A stretch of 61,459 nt of DNA, counting the filler, from Sphacelaria rigidula (lineage: Eukaryota): the NCBI GenBank assembly GCA_964200075.2. It is 7 parts of 7 records of this genome, joined end to end, with 100 filler letters (N's around TTAATTAATTAA, not from the genome) between each part and the next. Parts side by side here need not be neighbours in the genome. Positions count along the whole stretch, not along the records: positions 8,796 to 17,490 come from CAXNAA020010358.1; positions 17,591 to 26,284 come from CAXNAA020010359.1; 5 more parts are not named here. One strand, given 5' to 3'. Positions within the stretch are counted from its first letter, which is position 1. Every line of letters starts with the position of its first letter. The notes below the pieces were generated by a model. The model was not told where the DNA came from and searched no databases. It saw only the letters and a list, made by a program, of their open reading frames with translations. Below, piece after piece: positions 11,105 to 24,373 of the stretch. A program made the position numbers and the translations under genes.

Positions 11105-14100
11105 TCAAGATCCTCGGCGAGCGGTCGTCATCTTGGTGTAGTAATCGTCGTGAAGACGAATCTTGAGAGGACCCGGATCATCGAGGAAGCGGATGTAGTA
11201 GGAATCGTCCGCCTCAGGATCTATCAAATGAATCTTTCCCAGCCACCACCGCGAATCCATAGCCCTGTGCCAAAAATATGCACCTTTCGGCAAACGTTTC
11301 TTCGAAAAAGAGCGCAGGTATTGCGAACGAGAAACGAGACTCTAGCCCGGAGCAATGCTACGGTAGGGGTACACTGTTTTCGCGAAATATTTTTAGTTCA
11401 GGGGCTCCTCACGATTCTAGATGCACAAGAAGAAGGATCAGGGCATTCCCGTTTGCAAATTCATTCGGGATACACCCAGCACATCGGAGTAGTGATCCTG
11501 GCGTACTTTTACATATTTTCAAAAGTGCTGTTTTGCATGAGATCAAGGGCTCCTAACAATTCCAACCTCGGAAAATATTTGTGCAACCCTACCGTAGCGT
11601 AACTCCCCGAAATGACAAATCGTGCCGAGTATTCTCGGGCCAGTTCACGAGCTGCTGCGTCTTTTCGCATAGACCTATATCGTTTGTTCAACGGGCGGTG
11701 CTGGACGACATCTCCGACCCAATATAAAAGTATCTCTCTTCGAAAATGACGCAAATCCTCCTCCCGATCCCACGTAACACGCATGAGGCCTTTCTAGTGA
11801 GTCTGATACATAACCGCAATTTTACCGCCTCGACCTCGAACTAATTGATGGCCCGAGGTGCGATCTACCACTACACGTTCAAGAGGACCGTCAGCATCTT
11901 CAACCGTCATGTGGTACGGTGGGGTTTTCGCTGCATACCTGGTCAGCACATACTGACTGAGCCCCATAGGCAATTGCTTGGGCATATCACTAGTGTCGTG
12001 AGGGGGCAGACACGGCTTGCACCGAAGCATCGAGACCCGGTTTTTGGGTTTGAGGCCAGGTTTATCCGTGGGAAAATCCAAATACAAAAGCTTCTCACCT
12101 ACTGGTTTATCGTCAGGTGCGGTATCACAGGCCCCAACTGCCAACATCTTCCAAGGGCCAGTCCAATTCAAGCAAAGCTTCGACTTCAACACCTTATCCG
12201 ACGACGACTTAGCAGAGCTTGCACCTTGGGTTACAGTTCTCACATCGTTATACACCCATGCCCATTCGACTTCTTTGTACACCGGACGGTTGTTCACTCC
12301 ATCATCCAACACGCTGTTTGCCTCAGCTACCTTTGCTGCGTTGATCAAGTTCTGCTCCCGTACCACCTCATATGCAAGACGAAGACGATTACTAACAGAG
12401 GTATGATACTCCACAATATCCCGATCCAAACTCTGATGACCACCAGGGGGTTTCCTGTCGAACACTGTCAATGGCAACCTGGGCATACGACCAATATGAA
12501 CTTCATTGGGAGCCAAGCCTGTGGCGACGTTGACGGAGTTGTCGTAGTTCATTTGGACAAGGGGTAAGTGCAGGTCCCAGTCCGTTTGTCGCTCATTGGT
12601 CACTGTGGCAAGCATTGGCGCCATCGTGTGATTAACTCGTTCGGTCCCACCGTTTGTGGACGGATAGGATGAAGTAGTAAAAAATACAATGGGCACCCAG
12701 GAGATTACTGATCGCGGCAGAAATTTTGCCGGCAAAATGTGGGCCGTTATCCGATAACAAACGTTTGGGGACACCCCACTGAGGGATGTATGTGTACACA
12801 AGGACGTTGGCAGTTCCTTCTGCACTTTAGTTGGCCTCCGAAACAGCATTCATCACAGCATGTCGACTGAATCGATACAGTAAAATGTACTTGTTACCAC
12901 TATCAGTGAGGGGCAGGGGCCAAAGTAGTGCCATGAAACTATTTCACCAGGCCCATTGGGAAGGGGCATAGAGATTATCGACCATCTTACTGTTTGACGC
13001 GAAGTTTTTCGTGCTTGGCAAAGAAGACACCGCCGAACCCACCAACGCACACATCTGTCCATACAAAACCACAAAAAAAACGCTGAAGCATCTGGGAGGT
13101 CCTAGCGACGCCCAGATGTGTGGATGCTTGTGAGTGGCATTCATGGAAAACCCATGGATGCAGAAGCATCGGAACATAAATACGTACGGGGGCATCACCC
13201 GACAAACGGGCGTGACTACTTGTAGACAACCCTCCAGGAGGGTTTGTGGGGGGCCGGTGAACTAAAAGAGCAACGCCATCATCAGCCGTATAAAGCATGC
13301 CTTTACGCGATAATTCAGTAACTTCATCCTATGTGGGGGCTCGGTGGGGTCTTACTGGCAAAAGGAACTCAGTTTCTGGAAAGGGGGAGGGGTATCCTTT
13401 GGATAGATAATGTATAGTTGCTCTACAAGCAGGTTCAGCTTCCTGTTCCCGGGCCCAATCGGCGTGAAAAAAGAGGGTCAGTTCCTTGAATACACTGTCG
13501 GAGGGGTTGTCAAAAATGCAGGGGATCGAATGGCTGTGGGATGGACACGAGGCGTTATTTGGATCAAGGTTATAAGGGGTGGTCAGTGTATTCTTAAACG
13601 GAACGTTCACCTCTATTCCTACGTTGGGGAGGGTGTCGGATGGTGTGGTACCGAAGGTGGTACCATCACGGGGTGGAGGAGGCACAGTCCAGGTCTCGAC
13701 TATGGTGGGCAGAGGTGGTTTGGAATGTGTCGATCTTCTGGGGGCTTTTGCGCCGTGGAGGTAGCGGGGGCGGAAGGAGGCTATCGGGGACTGGAATGGG
13801 GTTGGGGATTGGGAGGTCTGGGCCGGCTGCTGCCAGGGCGGCAGCCGTTTCCGCGGCCCGGCGTCCTCGGGTCCGGCTCGAGATGAGGTCTCGGACTTGA
13901 ACCGGGAGGACGCAGTCAGTAGAAACCGGCTCTACAGTGCAAACCATCCGATGACCAGACGCACGAAATTGATCATACCCGCCGGTAGTTGCACGAATTT
14001 CACTCCTGACTGAACACAACGATCGTGAGGCCAAACTGCCGTATACAGAAGCGTGAGCCGAAGGCGTCAGCTTATTTTCAACAAATGCCGAGTTGTGGTT

Positions 14101-17100
14101 CAGTGAGAGTGGAGCATAGAGTCCGCGATGATCATTTGTACTTATGAAATATACAACGTCTTCGGTGGGGTCTGTGATACGACCCAAGGTGGAGTTGTCG
14201 ATGGGTTGGGCTGGTAAGGGCAAGCGTGACAGGAAGTCGGCGTTTGCGTTTTGGGGACCTGTGCGGTACTTCAACGTGAAGCTGTAGGAAGACAGGATTT
14301 CAAACCAGCGTTGAACCCGGGCGTTGTGTTGTCCCGCCATTTTGGCGAGGTTTTCCCCACACTTGTGATCTGTATAAATCACAAACGGGAGGTCATACAA
14401 ATATTGCCGGAGTCGTCGCACTCCCCAAACAATTGCACCGGCTTCTTGTTCCATAACGGAACAGTTCTGTTCGTTTGGGTAGGTGGTTCGGCTCAGATAT
14501 ACAATGGGGCAAACACTAGCATCGTATTGTTCCTGTTCCAGTGTGCAGCCAAACCCAATTTTTGAAGAAGCCGTGTGCAGTCGGAACGGGCGGGGAGCCA
14601 TTTTCAGCACCTGACGAGTCTGGAAAAAATAGAATTGGTGGCTTTGACAATGTGTCGAGCTGCTCTCGTACAATGTTTTTCATTGCCGACGTGAACACGA
14701 ATTTCACCCCCTTCTTCAAGAGGGTGGTGAGGGGTTTTAGAGCTTGGGCTAAATTCGGCAGATATTGACGGTAGTACCTCAAACCAACGAATAAAGAGCG
14801 CAGTTGAGAGATATCGCGTGGCATGGGCATCTCTTTAAGTGCGGCAACTTTGTCGAGGTTGGGACTATGACCTTCAGGGCTGGTACAATGGCCTAGGAAC
14901 ACGATGCGCGTGGCTCCAATGCGGGATTTAGATGGGGCGCGCTTCAAATTGTGTTGTAAAACGAGCAAAGAAGGACGTCAAATGTTCGACGTGTTCAGCA
15001 GGTGTACTGCCATGAACCACCGTATCGTCGAGATACATGCGACATTTGGACAGTCCATCAATGACGCGAAACATCACACGTTGAAACGCTCCTGGGGCGC
15101 CGGCGGCACCTTGTGGAGTGACCAGCCACTCATATAGTTCTGACGGGGTGCAAAACGCCGTCAGCTCGATAGAGTGCGGATCCATCACCAGTTGGTGGTG
15201 ACCGGACTGCATGTCGAAGCTCCAAAAACACTTTGCCCCCGCCGAGGGAGTCGATGATTTCATCTATCCGGGGAAGGGGTAGACGTGCGATTTTGGTGAC
15301 TGTGTCCAATCGTTGATAATTGACGGTCAGTCGGATCTTACCATTCTTCTGCCAGACGACTACCAAAGGCGAGGCCCACGGAGACGTTGAGTGCCGTATA
15401 AACCCGGCGGACAAGTATTCGTGGAGAATTACTTGAATTTTACCCGCTAGAAGAAGGTTTGTACGGTACGGACGCATGGCGATAGGTGTCGTACCATCAG
15501 TAATGTTAATGTTGAACGGTATAGTGTTGCAGCGGCCTAAATCTGTTGACGATTTGGAAAACCGTTCAGAGTATCGTATCAAGATGGAGCGCAACCGATC
15601 AATCACCGTGGGTGTCCCACCCTCACCAGATAAATCAAACGCAATGTGTCTCAAATGGGGGGGAATTTCATCCCATAATCGTTGAAAACTAACACGTTGC
15701 TCTGGCGAGAATGTATCTAGTAAGACAGTCGGAGGGTTTGTGTCAGGCGTATCAGTCGATTCGGCTACAACCATAGGGTTAGTCTTGTCGAACGAAGTGG
15801 AACCATTTGTCTCTGAGCTGTCTGATGATGTTTGCGGTGGCACCTTCAGACATACATTCGGCAAGGCTGCCCGTAGGAGGGGCGCTTGAGCAAAACCCAA
15901 CAACTGACCAGGAAGAACATCGAGACATGCAGAGGACGGGAGGGGAATGGATTGCCGACCCTCATTGACAAATAGATCGGTCTGATCAAAGGGGGGAGCA
16001 CTCTCTGGGGTTTGGTTGGGATTGGTTAAGTCGGCCAAGTACTGTCCAGTGAGGGCGGGGAATCCATTCGTCTCACAAGATTCACATGGATGTGTTGAGG
16101 CTCACGGGACAGAGAGACGACGTGGTCTCCAACATATTACAGTCGAAAAGCATCACCTGCTTGTGTTGGGTCATCGACATAGGCCTGAGCCCCTGGATCA
16201 GCGTCATGATGTCCCAATCTTAATCTGCCTGCTTAATCTACCTGTCAGTGGTCGGTTCAAGACAGGTGAGTTCGTCGTGTATGTATGTGTGGAAAACGTA
16301 GCCAGCTATCACGTCCCAAGAGAACATCAACCGACATGGAACCATCGGGCACAATGAGTGCCCACACAGCTAATCGTGCAGTGGGACCCGTGTCATCGAA
16401 GAATTGCACACTGAGTGTTACCGACTGATCAACCGTAAGGGGAGTGTACTCATGATCACGTAAGGGGAGTGGAGGTACCAAATCGCCAAAAGCACGAGGG
16501 GGAACAGAAGAAAGGCAATGTTTGTCTGCTGCTCCAGCGTTCATCATGTGTTGCCAGCAGCTGGCTATTATGAAAGTTTGTGGTGAGCCAGTGTCGGGCA
16601 GTGCAACGGCCATCAAAGGGCGTGTTGCATGCACTCCACTATGTATACCTATCCGGGTTGTGAAGGAGGCGCCATCCATGAGTGCAGTTCCACTGGCCAA
16701 GTCCGGTCCAAATTCCGACAAGTGATCTGCAGCCACATCGCTCTTGTGTTGTTGGGCAATGATACTAAAATAGACTCGAGATTGATCCTCCGGAACGATT
16801 TTGTTTTACGAAGGGCCGTCGTGGCACGGGGGGTTTCGTAGGGCGTGTGGTGCAGTAGACGAAGGTTGGATTTCGTACACAGTCAGAGATGGACGACGCC
16901 TAGGGAAGGAAGTGGATGTGGATGTTTGCAATAATTGTTTGGAGCTATGAAAAACAGGGGAGAAACAGTCCTGATCGGGCTGCAATTTTGACGGCACGGC
17001 CGGGGTTTGTCCGGCACCATGAGACATACATGTAGGGCGTAGCGGTTTTACTGTCCCAACAGATGTCAACGCTAGTTTACTCTTCAATATAGATTCCGAG

Positions 17101-17490
17101 GGGTCGGCAAGAAGCGGTGCTGATCTGTTCAGTATCTGGGAAACACCGACCTGTTCTACGGCAAGTCTTTCATCCGCTGTGCCCGGCACCCGGGCACCTT
17201 CTTGGTGGGCGGATGCAGCGCCAACTACAGGTTTATTTACAGTTTCATCCGGAAGAGCCCGCTCCTGGTGTCGCGTATAGCGCACTCTAGAGCCGGCTGT
17301 TCCAGGGGCTTTTGGGAGGTTGGCAAGGTCAGTCCGTTCGTGGTTACACGCGTGGCGCTTGGTCGGCACTGTCGCTTGGGGTTCCTTCCCAACCCGCTGA
17401 GCTACGGAAAGCAAGGGTTCGGCACTGGCGCGCGTAGTGCACGAAAAATTACGCTCACCAAATAAAAGGGGGCCGGGCACACGCGGAATT
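11105..17490 (-). mobile_element. Ty3/Gypsy LTR retrotransposon internal region (gag remnant, protease, RT, RNase H, integrase, chromodomain-like, C-terminal extension), many frameshifts and stops
   Basis: Motifs in Gypsy order PR-RT-RH-IN: LPDTGSPQTFI (protease); SPWASPLVVV..KIRLTVNYQRL and MYLDD (RT); YLSR..EQEAGAIVW..YTDHK..NANADFLSR (RNase H); HECH..HLG and CLLCQARK (integrase Zn finger); YPSTNGGTERVNHT and WTGPWK (integrase core, GPY/F); SGHQLVRGRGGKIAVMYQTH*KG..TW (chromodomain-like). Confidence 0.95.
11361..11594. mobile_element. MITE (Tc1/mariner-Stowaway-like) inserted in the Gypsy pol tail
   Basis: Inverted termini CGGTAGGGGTACAC / GTGCAACCCTACCG, flanked by TA on both sides. Removing it and one TA joins ORFs 11509-11784 and 11105-11293 in frame, with one TAG remaining. 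Confidence 0.75.
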
Positions 17491-17590
17491 NNNNNNNNNN
17501 NNNNNNNNNNNNNNNNNNNNNNNNNNNNNNNNNNTTAATTAATTAANNNNNNNNNNNNNNNNNNNNNNNNNNNNNNNNNNNNNNNNNNNN
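17491..17590. other. Artificial contig spacer
   Basis: N44-TTAATTAATTAA-N44. Confidence 0.98.
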
Positions 17591-18145
17591 CTCTAGGACG
17601 TCTCGTTCCTCCTTGTATAGCTCACATTCTGCGTAGGGGGGGGGGGGGGGTATTTACTCCCACGAAAAAGGGGACTCACAGGTGTGTCAGACGACCTAAC
17701 ACACTCGTGGTGCACTTGTATTCAGGTAAAAACGGAGTCAATCGGTATTACGTAGCGTTATCCATTGGTAACAAGCGCGCTTCAACAACCGTTGCTGCTT
17801 TCGACGACGATTTGAAGTGGAACCTTGTGGAAGAAGTGGCCCCAAATACCCCCCCCCCCCCACCCCGATCGTAGTATGATCCATCAGTCGTCTGTAATCG
17901 TCCCCGTGAGTGCTTACGCTTTCTGGATACGAGCTTTCCGCAGCGGGAGCAGCAGTACGGCTGCAATGCGATCGACGTTAAGTGTCAGCGAGGGAGATGA
18001 GAAGGAATCCCGAGGAAGGATGTGAAAGTGGACACCCGATCTACTGCACACTGCTGGGACTGTCACTGCCCATTTCACTCGAAGCTACGATATCCCTGAA
18101 GGTTCGTGAAGACATGGCAGGGTAAACAATGCGCCACCGACTTAC

Positions 18146-20601
18146 ATCAGGGGTCATTGTGCTGCTGGAGGTTTGGAACTTCAGTACACGGTCTTCCCTC
18201 ATGTCCTTGAAGCATCCCAGCCTTGCCACGGTCGGGGCCGGGGTAGTCGGTGCGGGGGTCGGCGCTTTCGGGACGTTGTACACGTTAAAAGCGTAGAAGC
18301 CACCGCACGTCGCCGAGGCATCTCCGGTGCAGGGCATATCGCACGTAGAAGTTCCGTGGACAGCGTATACGACGTCTGAAGTACCACACCAACACTACCC
18401 GGTATATCACGCATTGGACAGTAGACGAGTGTCCGTTGCGCAACGCAGCGGGTGTTCGTAGAGCCACCATGCAAGACGACGGCGGGCGGAGAAAGACGGG
18501 CGAGGTATCGTGAAATTTGTACACCAAGTCGTTTCCACCATCAACCGCGTGTGTGAACCAATATTGCGATGACAGCTGTGTCTCCCGTGCTGGCCTACTT
18601 CCCCTGGTCGCTACCTGTAACACACCATCGTGGGAGTACACGTAATTTTGCGCCACGCTTACCTCTTGTCCATACTGAGTGGCGTAAAAAGTGTACGCGG
18701 AGCAGTGAGCAGCACACACCTGTCGAGACGGGAGTAGAGGAACGTTTTAGATGGGTTCGAACGCCACGGCAGTTGCCGAGATTTTCAAGAGTTAAGCCTC
18801 GAAATTGCACAAGCTGCGGCGTGCCGATCGCGGTGATAAGGTGATTGGATGTTCCGACCCGAGTCGAGGAGGATAGATTGTACTGTATGCTAGACCCACT
18901 ACCCTTGAACATCGTTGGCTCGCAGTACAAACAGCGTGGATCGATCCCGATGTCGCTATCTCACTCTTACCAGAGGGGTCATTTTGTCGCTGCTCAGCAT
19001 ATTGACGAAGACACGGGATTCCCTTACGTCCTTGTAGCATCCGAGAGACTTCGGGTACAGAGTCGGTCCCGGGGTCGGCGCCGGCGTCGGCGCGGGCTGA
19101 GGCACGGCGAACAAATCAAAGGCTAGGTAGCCGCCACATGTGGCCGAGGAATCACCGGTGCAGGCGTAATCGCATGTAGATGGGCCGTACTTGTCGAAGT
19201 CGGTACCCGCCGCTCCGCACCAGCACTGCACGGTGCACGGCGTGTTCAACCGTGCCCGAAAATAAACAACACGATGCACACACGAGACGAGCGGCCGGGT
19301 CAACGTACGCTGGGGGCATTCGTAACAGGCGTCCAAGTGGGCATGTCCATTGTGCCGCGAAAGCCATGCGTGGGATCGCTCCACTGCCTTCGCTCAGCCT
19401 CGGCTCCAAACCTTCGTCTGAGAACACAGCCTGCCGTTCAGATAGGCGAGGGGTAATCAATGCGTAAGGAAGATTGTAATTGCGTGGTGGTTCTTGTGCT
19501 CACCTCCTCTCCGTACTGCACCCCGAAGTAGAAGTAGTCGGAGCAATGGGCGGCGCATTTCTGTAATGGAAACATAGGCACGTGGAGTCATGGATCGAAC
19601 GTCAGCGGCAGTATGTCAATGAGCGTCTCCTCGGAGTCACAACAAGCGCCGGAGCTACGGAGAAGCTCTATATGATTCACTTCTAAGTTTGAGGAGGTAT
19701 TTCGAAGCCCCTCGTTTGCGTGATGCGTCGCGAGCTTTACCGCCGAGTTACTATTGCACGAAACTCGTTTCCAGCAAGATGGCGTGTGTCGATTTCTTAT
19801 GATACCCTCCAGCCACGCTCACCTCATAGGTCATTCCGGCGCTCTTCAACATGTTGGTCAGGACGCGGTTATTCTTCGAGTCCTTGAAGCACCCAAGGGG
19901 AGCATACATGGTTGGTGCCGGGGTGGGTGCCGGGGTGGGTTTCGGTGTCGGGTTGTCGTACAGCTGGAAGGCGTAGTACCCACCGCATGTGGCCGAACCA
20001 TCCCCAGAGCATGCGGTAGTGCATGACGACGACTTGCCGTGCTTGTCGAAGTCGGTGCCAGCTTCACCGCACCAGCACTTCATTGCATATGACGTGAAAG
20101 GGAGGCAGTGGGTGATGGGGCACGCAGGCTTAAAACCCAGGGAACATGACGACGGCGGCTTGTGGTTACCATTTTTCGTACTTCGAAATGTCCATATGAA
20201 AATGTCGTGATTGTGAGCAGAAAGATGGTGCGCCGACAGCACACGGCGATTGTTTTCAGTACTAGGTACAACGTGTCAGTATCTATCGCCCAGTACTGAC
20301 TACACCACCTACAGCGGTAGACGAGCATGGGGCGTCGAAGAAGCGCTCAGCAATGATGACCACAAAAATACATGTCGAGGATAATGAATTTCACCTCGGT
20401 TCCGTACTGGGTCCCGAAGTAGGGGTAGCCGGAGCAGTGGGCGGCGCACACCAGAGGAGTCATGGAGGCGCTGGTTAACATGTTGGTCAGTACACGGTCG
20501 TCCTTCTTGTCCATGTAGCATCCCATGGACGTCGGGTAAGATACAGTCGGTGCCGGGGTAGTCGGTGCCGAGGTAGGCGCTGGTGTCGGGCGCGGGGTCC
20601 T
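18146..20601 (-). CDS. WSC-domain repeat protein (3 complete WSC domains and the start of a 4th, Pro/Thr linkers), partial. Exons 20601-20395, 20077-19823, 19560-19504, 19225-18971, 18719-18663, 18394-18146
   Basis: Repeating WSC signature GC(Y/F)xD...RVL...MTxxxCAAHC..Y.YF/Y..QYGxECWCG...C...CxGD....CGG. All six exons have AG/GT boundaries and lengths divisible by 3 (207, 255, 57, 255, 57, 249) and join without stops. Confidence 0.93.
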
Positions 20602-21098
20602 CTGTTTGTACAGGACCGAGGAAGAACAGGCGAAAGCAAACGCGTGCAGCGCAAGGATGGGAGAAACTCGGCTCGTAGGATATAGGGGTAGGTTATGTAG
20701 TGCTAGAGACAATCGAAGATCGACGGAGTACGACCAAGCAAAAGCTTCTCGGAGTGAACGCTTTCCGTGCAGCTTGTAGTACACACCGTGGTTACGGTTT
20801 GCCCCTCCCCGCCTTGCGCCCACATATATTTCCACTGTGGGCGTTAGGTCTATGGTATCATCTACGAATTTCCATTAGGTGCTAGAGGCTTTCACGAAGC
20901 TCCCGAGACAGTCGTGAGCGCATGCTGAAGTCTTACCACAACGGATGGAGCAGCGGGCTGAGCATTCCAGTTTTGTGTGTCTTGAGATACTGTCAACCCA
21001 TGAACAAAGAATGCAGTGCACTGCACACGCCAACATCAACGTGTGATCTTGTCAGCCGCAATAGTACACCCTACTGGGGCAGTGCTTCGCAATACTAT

Positions 21099-21291
21099 TG
21101 TAATGCGTGAGAGGACCGCGTGCTTCGAGGACCGCATGGGAATTGGAACATCCTTATGGTTAGGGTTAGGGCTGTAGTCAGGGGCGTGGTACCTGCAGGG
21201 ACTGACCCGATTGGTTTTGAAAAACATCGATCCTGGGGTGCTTTGAACTACGACGCGGTCCTCTAAGCCCGCGGTCCTCTCACGCATTACA
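21099..21291. mobile_element. MITE with internal telomeric-type repeats, copy 1
   Basis: TIR TGTAATGCGTGAGAGGACCGCG / CGCGGTCCTCTCACGCATTACA; internal GGTTAGGGTTAGGG at ~21158-21171. Confidence 0.85.
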
Positions 21292-21460
21292 GTCCATTCG
21301 TAGACGCTGCATATACACATAGCGTACGTTAAGTGAGTAATCTACTAATGTCTCCAGAAGGCCTACGAGTGAGGGCTCGGGTTGACGGTCGTGTTCAGGG
21401 CATGAAGTTTGAGGCTTGTCTTGGTAGAGCACCGAGTGAGCAGGCGCTACCCGCGATGGT

Positions 21461-21462
<2 letters not shown>

Positions 21463-21525
<63 letters not shown>
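21463..21525. repeat. (AC)n microsatellite, ~31 units
   Basis: Perfect dinucleotide run. Confidence 0.98.
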
Positions 21526-21526
<1 letters not shown>

Positions 21527-22564
21527 CCGCACTCAGCTAGCGGTAACATTTTGGGTCGCATCGGCGGATGACGAATATCATGGTACTACACAAAGGGTGG
21601 CACGTGAGGTTTTTCGGTCAACCGGATTACGATGGACCCTCGTGCACCTTATACTGTTGCCCATTAATACGTTATCCACACGAAAATCCATGAAAGATTC
21701 TGTGTTGCTGCTGCTGTGATATTATGACGAGCAGCGATGATTGTCTCAATGGCAGAAACAATCATTGCGACGATGGAGGCCAGTCCCTACCGACAGGCAG
21801 GCCACTGCAACGATAATCCAAATCCGTGTGAGTTGACGTCATACTGCTGACTGGCTCACTTGTCGGCGTTTCTCGTATCCTGCCCCGCTGATAGCAAGGG
21901 ATGAATTGTCGTTAATCCCCCACGACACACACATCCGTGTAAACAACGTGTTGCACTGACGATTTAGAAGCGGCGTGCACAGGACTACCTAGAGTACATG
22001 AAGACCAAACGAAAGCACGTACCGTACGGGCAGGAATACTGCTGCGACATATTGAAGTCGCGTAAGCTGCTATTTCGGTAGCCCAAAGACTGAGTGCGTA
22101 CTCTTGTACTTTTTCATCAAAGTCAGGTATGCTTATCGTTTGTTCACCTGGCCGACGGCCGCCTTCAGAGATCCGGCTGCTCATGTAACGTAGAAGGGAT
22201 GGCACGCACAGAGTGGCGGGAATGGGGGCGTGAAGGCTAGCCGTTAGAAGAAGCAGCTGTGGTGTGTGGGTACAGCGGATTGCAATTCATACAGTTTGGT
22301 ATACACTCAGCCCGGTAGGCAAACCAAATCCGAGGTGCTTGCACGTATGAAAGGCGACAGAGGAAATCAAACGTTTCCAAAGACGCGAGGCAGTAGTTCA
22401 CCTGAAAAACAGATCTTATGGGCTTAAAAAGCGTGTCCAATGGCAGGACGTTGCTGCTCTCCAAAACCGGTGTCATCTATTGAACAATAGACCGCCGACC
22501 CAAGAAAACAAATATTGCATCAAAAACTTCGATATGCCAACATGTCAACACTACGTCTATTATA

Positions 22565-22713
22565 TAGGGTTAGGGTTAGGGTTAGGGTTAGGATCATGAT
22601 CAGGGGCGTGGTACCTGCAGGGATTGGTCCGATTGGTTTTGAGAAACGTCGATCCTGAGGTGTGTCGAACTACAGCGCGGTCCTCTAAGCACGCGGTCCT
22701 CTCACGCATTACA
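22565..22713. mobile_element. Same MITE family, truncated copy beginning at the (TTAGGG)n tract
   Basis: TAGGG(TTAGGG)3TTAGG, then CAGGGGCGTGGTACCTGCAGGG... and the right TIR CGCGGTCCTCTCACGCATTACA. Confidence 0.85.
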
Positions 22714-23470
22714 GGCTGTTTACACGCTGTCCAGGGCAGTTCAATACCCCCTATCATCAAGGTCGGGCATCGATCGACTTGTTCGGCTCGAGACGAAATG
22801 TATGGAAGGTTTCATACATTTGTGTGACTGTGTATATCACTGTCCGGTGTGCTCCTATCTATATCCACTATCGTCAAGACCAGATATGGATCGACTTTTT
22901 CGATTCGAAAAGTGAGAAGTAGTTGGTATTTCCCGCGGACGGAGCTCTATAGATAGGATGCCTTGGTTGAATATCTCTCTCGTATTTATCGTCACTTTAT
23001 AACACAAAAATCTAAACTTTCGCTCCGTGTCGTCGAAATAATACCCGTTCTGGCCTTGAAAAGGCCCGGGTTGTGCTTATATGTTCTGTCAGTGCGCTCT
23101 TCGCGAATGTCGCGACATTGTAGACACACAGCACAACAACAAGTCCATTTGCAGGATAAATCGAGGCCTACTCATGACCTACCGGGGGACTTCGACACGA
23201 CGGTGGGGAGATGAGCGACGTGCTTCGGTACTGAGTGCCCAATACACGGCGATAGCCACCTCCACTCTAGAGCCATCTACTCAAACTGCACTGATGGTGT
23301 TTCGGGCTTAAAAGCCTTGTCACGATACAGCGTTGTAGTAAACATATATGCTGTGCACTATGATGGGTAAGAGCTATATGGTGCTATGCTTCAACACAGC
23401 TAAGACCTTACTACGATATTGTGTAGGTTTGCTAGTTTCTTCTTGAAAGTTGCAGTCAACCATCTCTCAC

Positions 23471-23519
23471 CGATCAAAAGCACCGTTGCAACGAGGCGAG
23501 TGCGATGAAGCACCATCAT
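23471..23519 (-). CDS. Candidate first coding exon (signal peptide start) of the WSC gene
   Basis: ATG ATG GTG... encodes MMVLHRTRLVATVLLI followed by a G|GTGAGA donor, on the same strand upstream of the WSC exons. The linking exon is not firmly identified; one option is a 14-nt micro-exon near 21792-21805 giving VACLS. Confidence 0.45.
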
Positions 23520-24373
23520 GCTGCCGGTTCGGTCGGAAGAAGCTCTGCTTAATCCGTTCGCGGCTGAGAGGGAGAGCTGAAGAATGAGATGAGGAGGGTG
23601 GGGATGCGCTGGGGATACAAACGGCTGGGCTGGAGCCGTGGGTTATGCCGTTTCGGTTCCAGTCTTCTGCGAATCGGGACGCAGCTAGGGCATCCGGTGT
23701 GCGCACCGCAGCAAACGTCTGCGTATCCACCGATTGCCGCTGCTCCAAGTCTAATATCAGATTTCAAATGGGACATGTTCTCATTCAAAAAGTATGGAGA
23801 CAGAGACTAATGCCTCGGGGTACACTGTCTTAGAAGACCATTCATCAAACACCACACCACAGATGAGAAGACAAGTCATGACCGCCTATGCGCTAGATGT
23901 ATACGAGAAACAATTTATTCAAGACGTTCAACTGTCACGAAGGCGTAGTATGAGCAGTGCAAATTTTCCATACTGCGGGAGACTAGACTTCCATCAAGGT
24001 CCGCCGCGTTCTAGGGTCTTGCAGTGTTGGGCAGTTTCCCATCCCATGTATGACGCACGAAGAAGCGCTTTTGCATATGAAACAAAACGCCGAGTTCCGC
24101 CGCTGAGTGACGTCTCGAACGGCCCCGCCCTTTCTCACCCCAGAGAGACAAAATCCTTGAGGTTGCTACGGTACTGTAAGGCGGAGTAGAAGACAACAAC
24201 AGCATATTCTTCTCCACCGCCAGGTCATCCCGTATGTTTGGCACCTTTTCGTTCGATTGGAGTGTTGAAATTTGTTTAAATGATATTTTCATGCGCCGTA
24301 TTTTGCCTGGAAGGTCCACAAAACGTTGCGGGGGTACTGGTTGGGTTTCCTTCTGTCGGGTAGATGAGTGCAC

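Noticed and set aside
21280..21719. ORFs with CVCVCV / HTHTHT repeats
   Set aside because: Translation of the (AC)n microsatellite.
22565..22592. True chromosome end
   Set aside because: The short TTAGGG tract is internal to a MITE copy and flanked by ordinary sequence.
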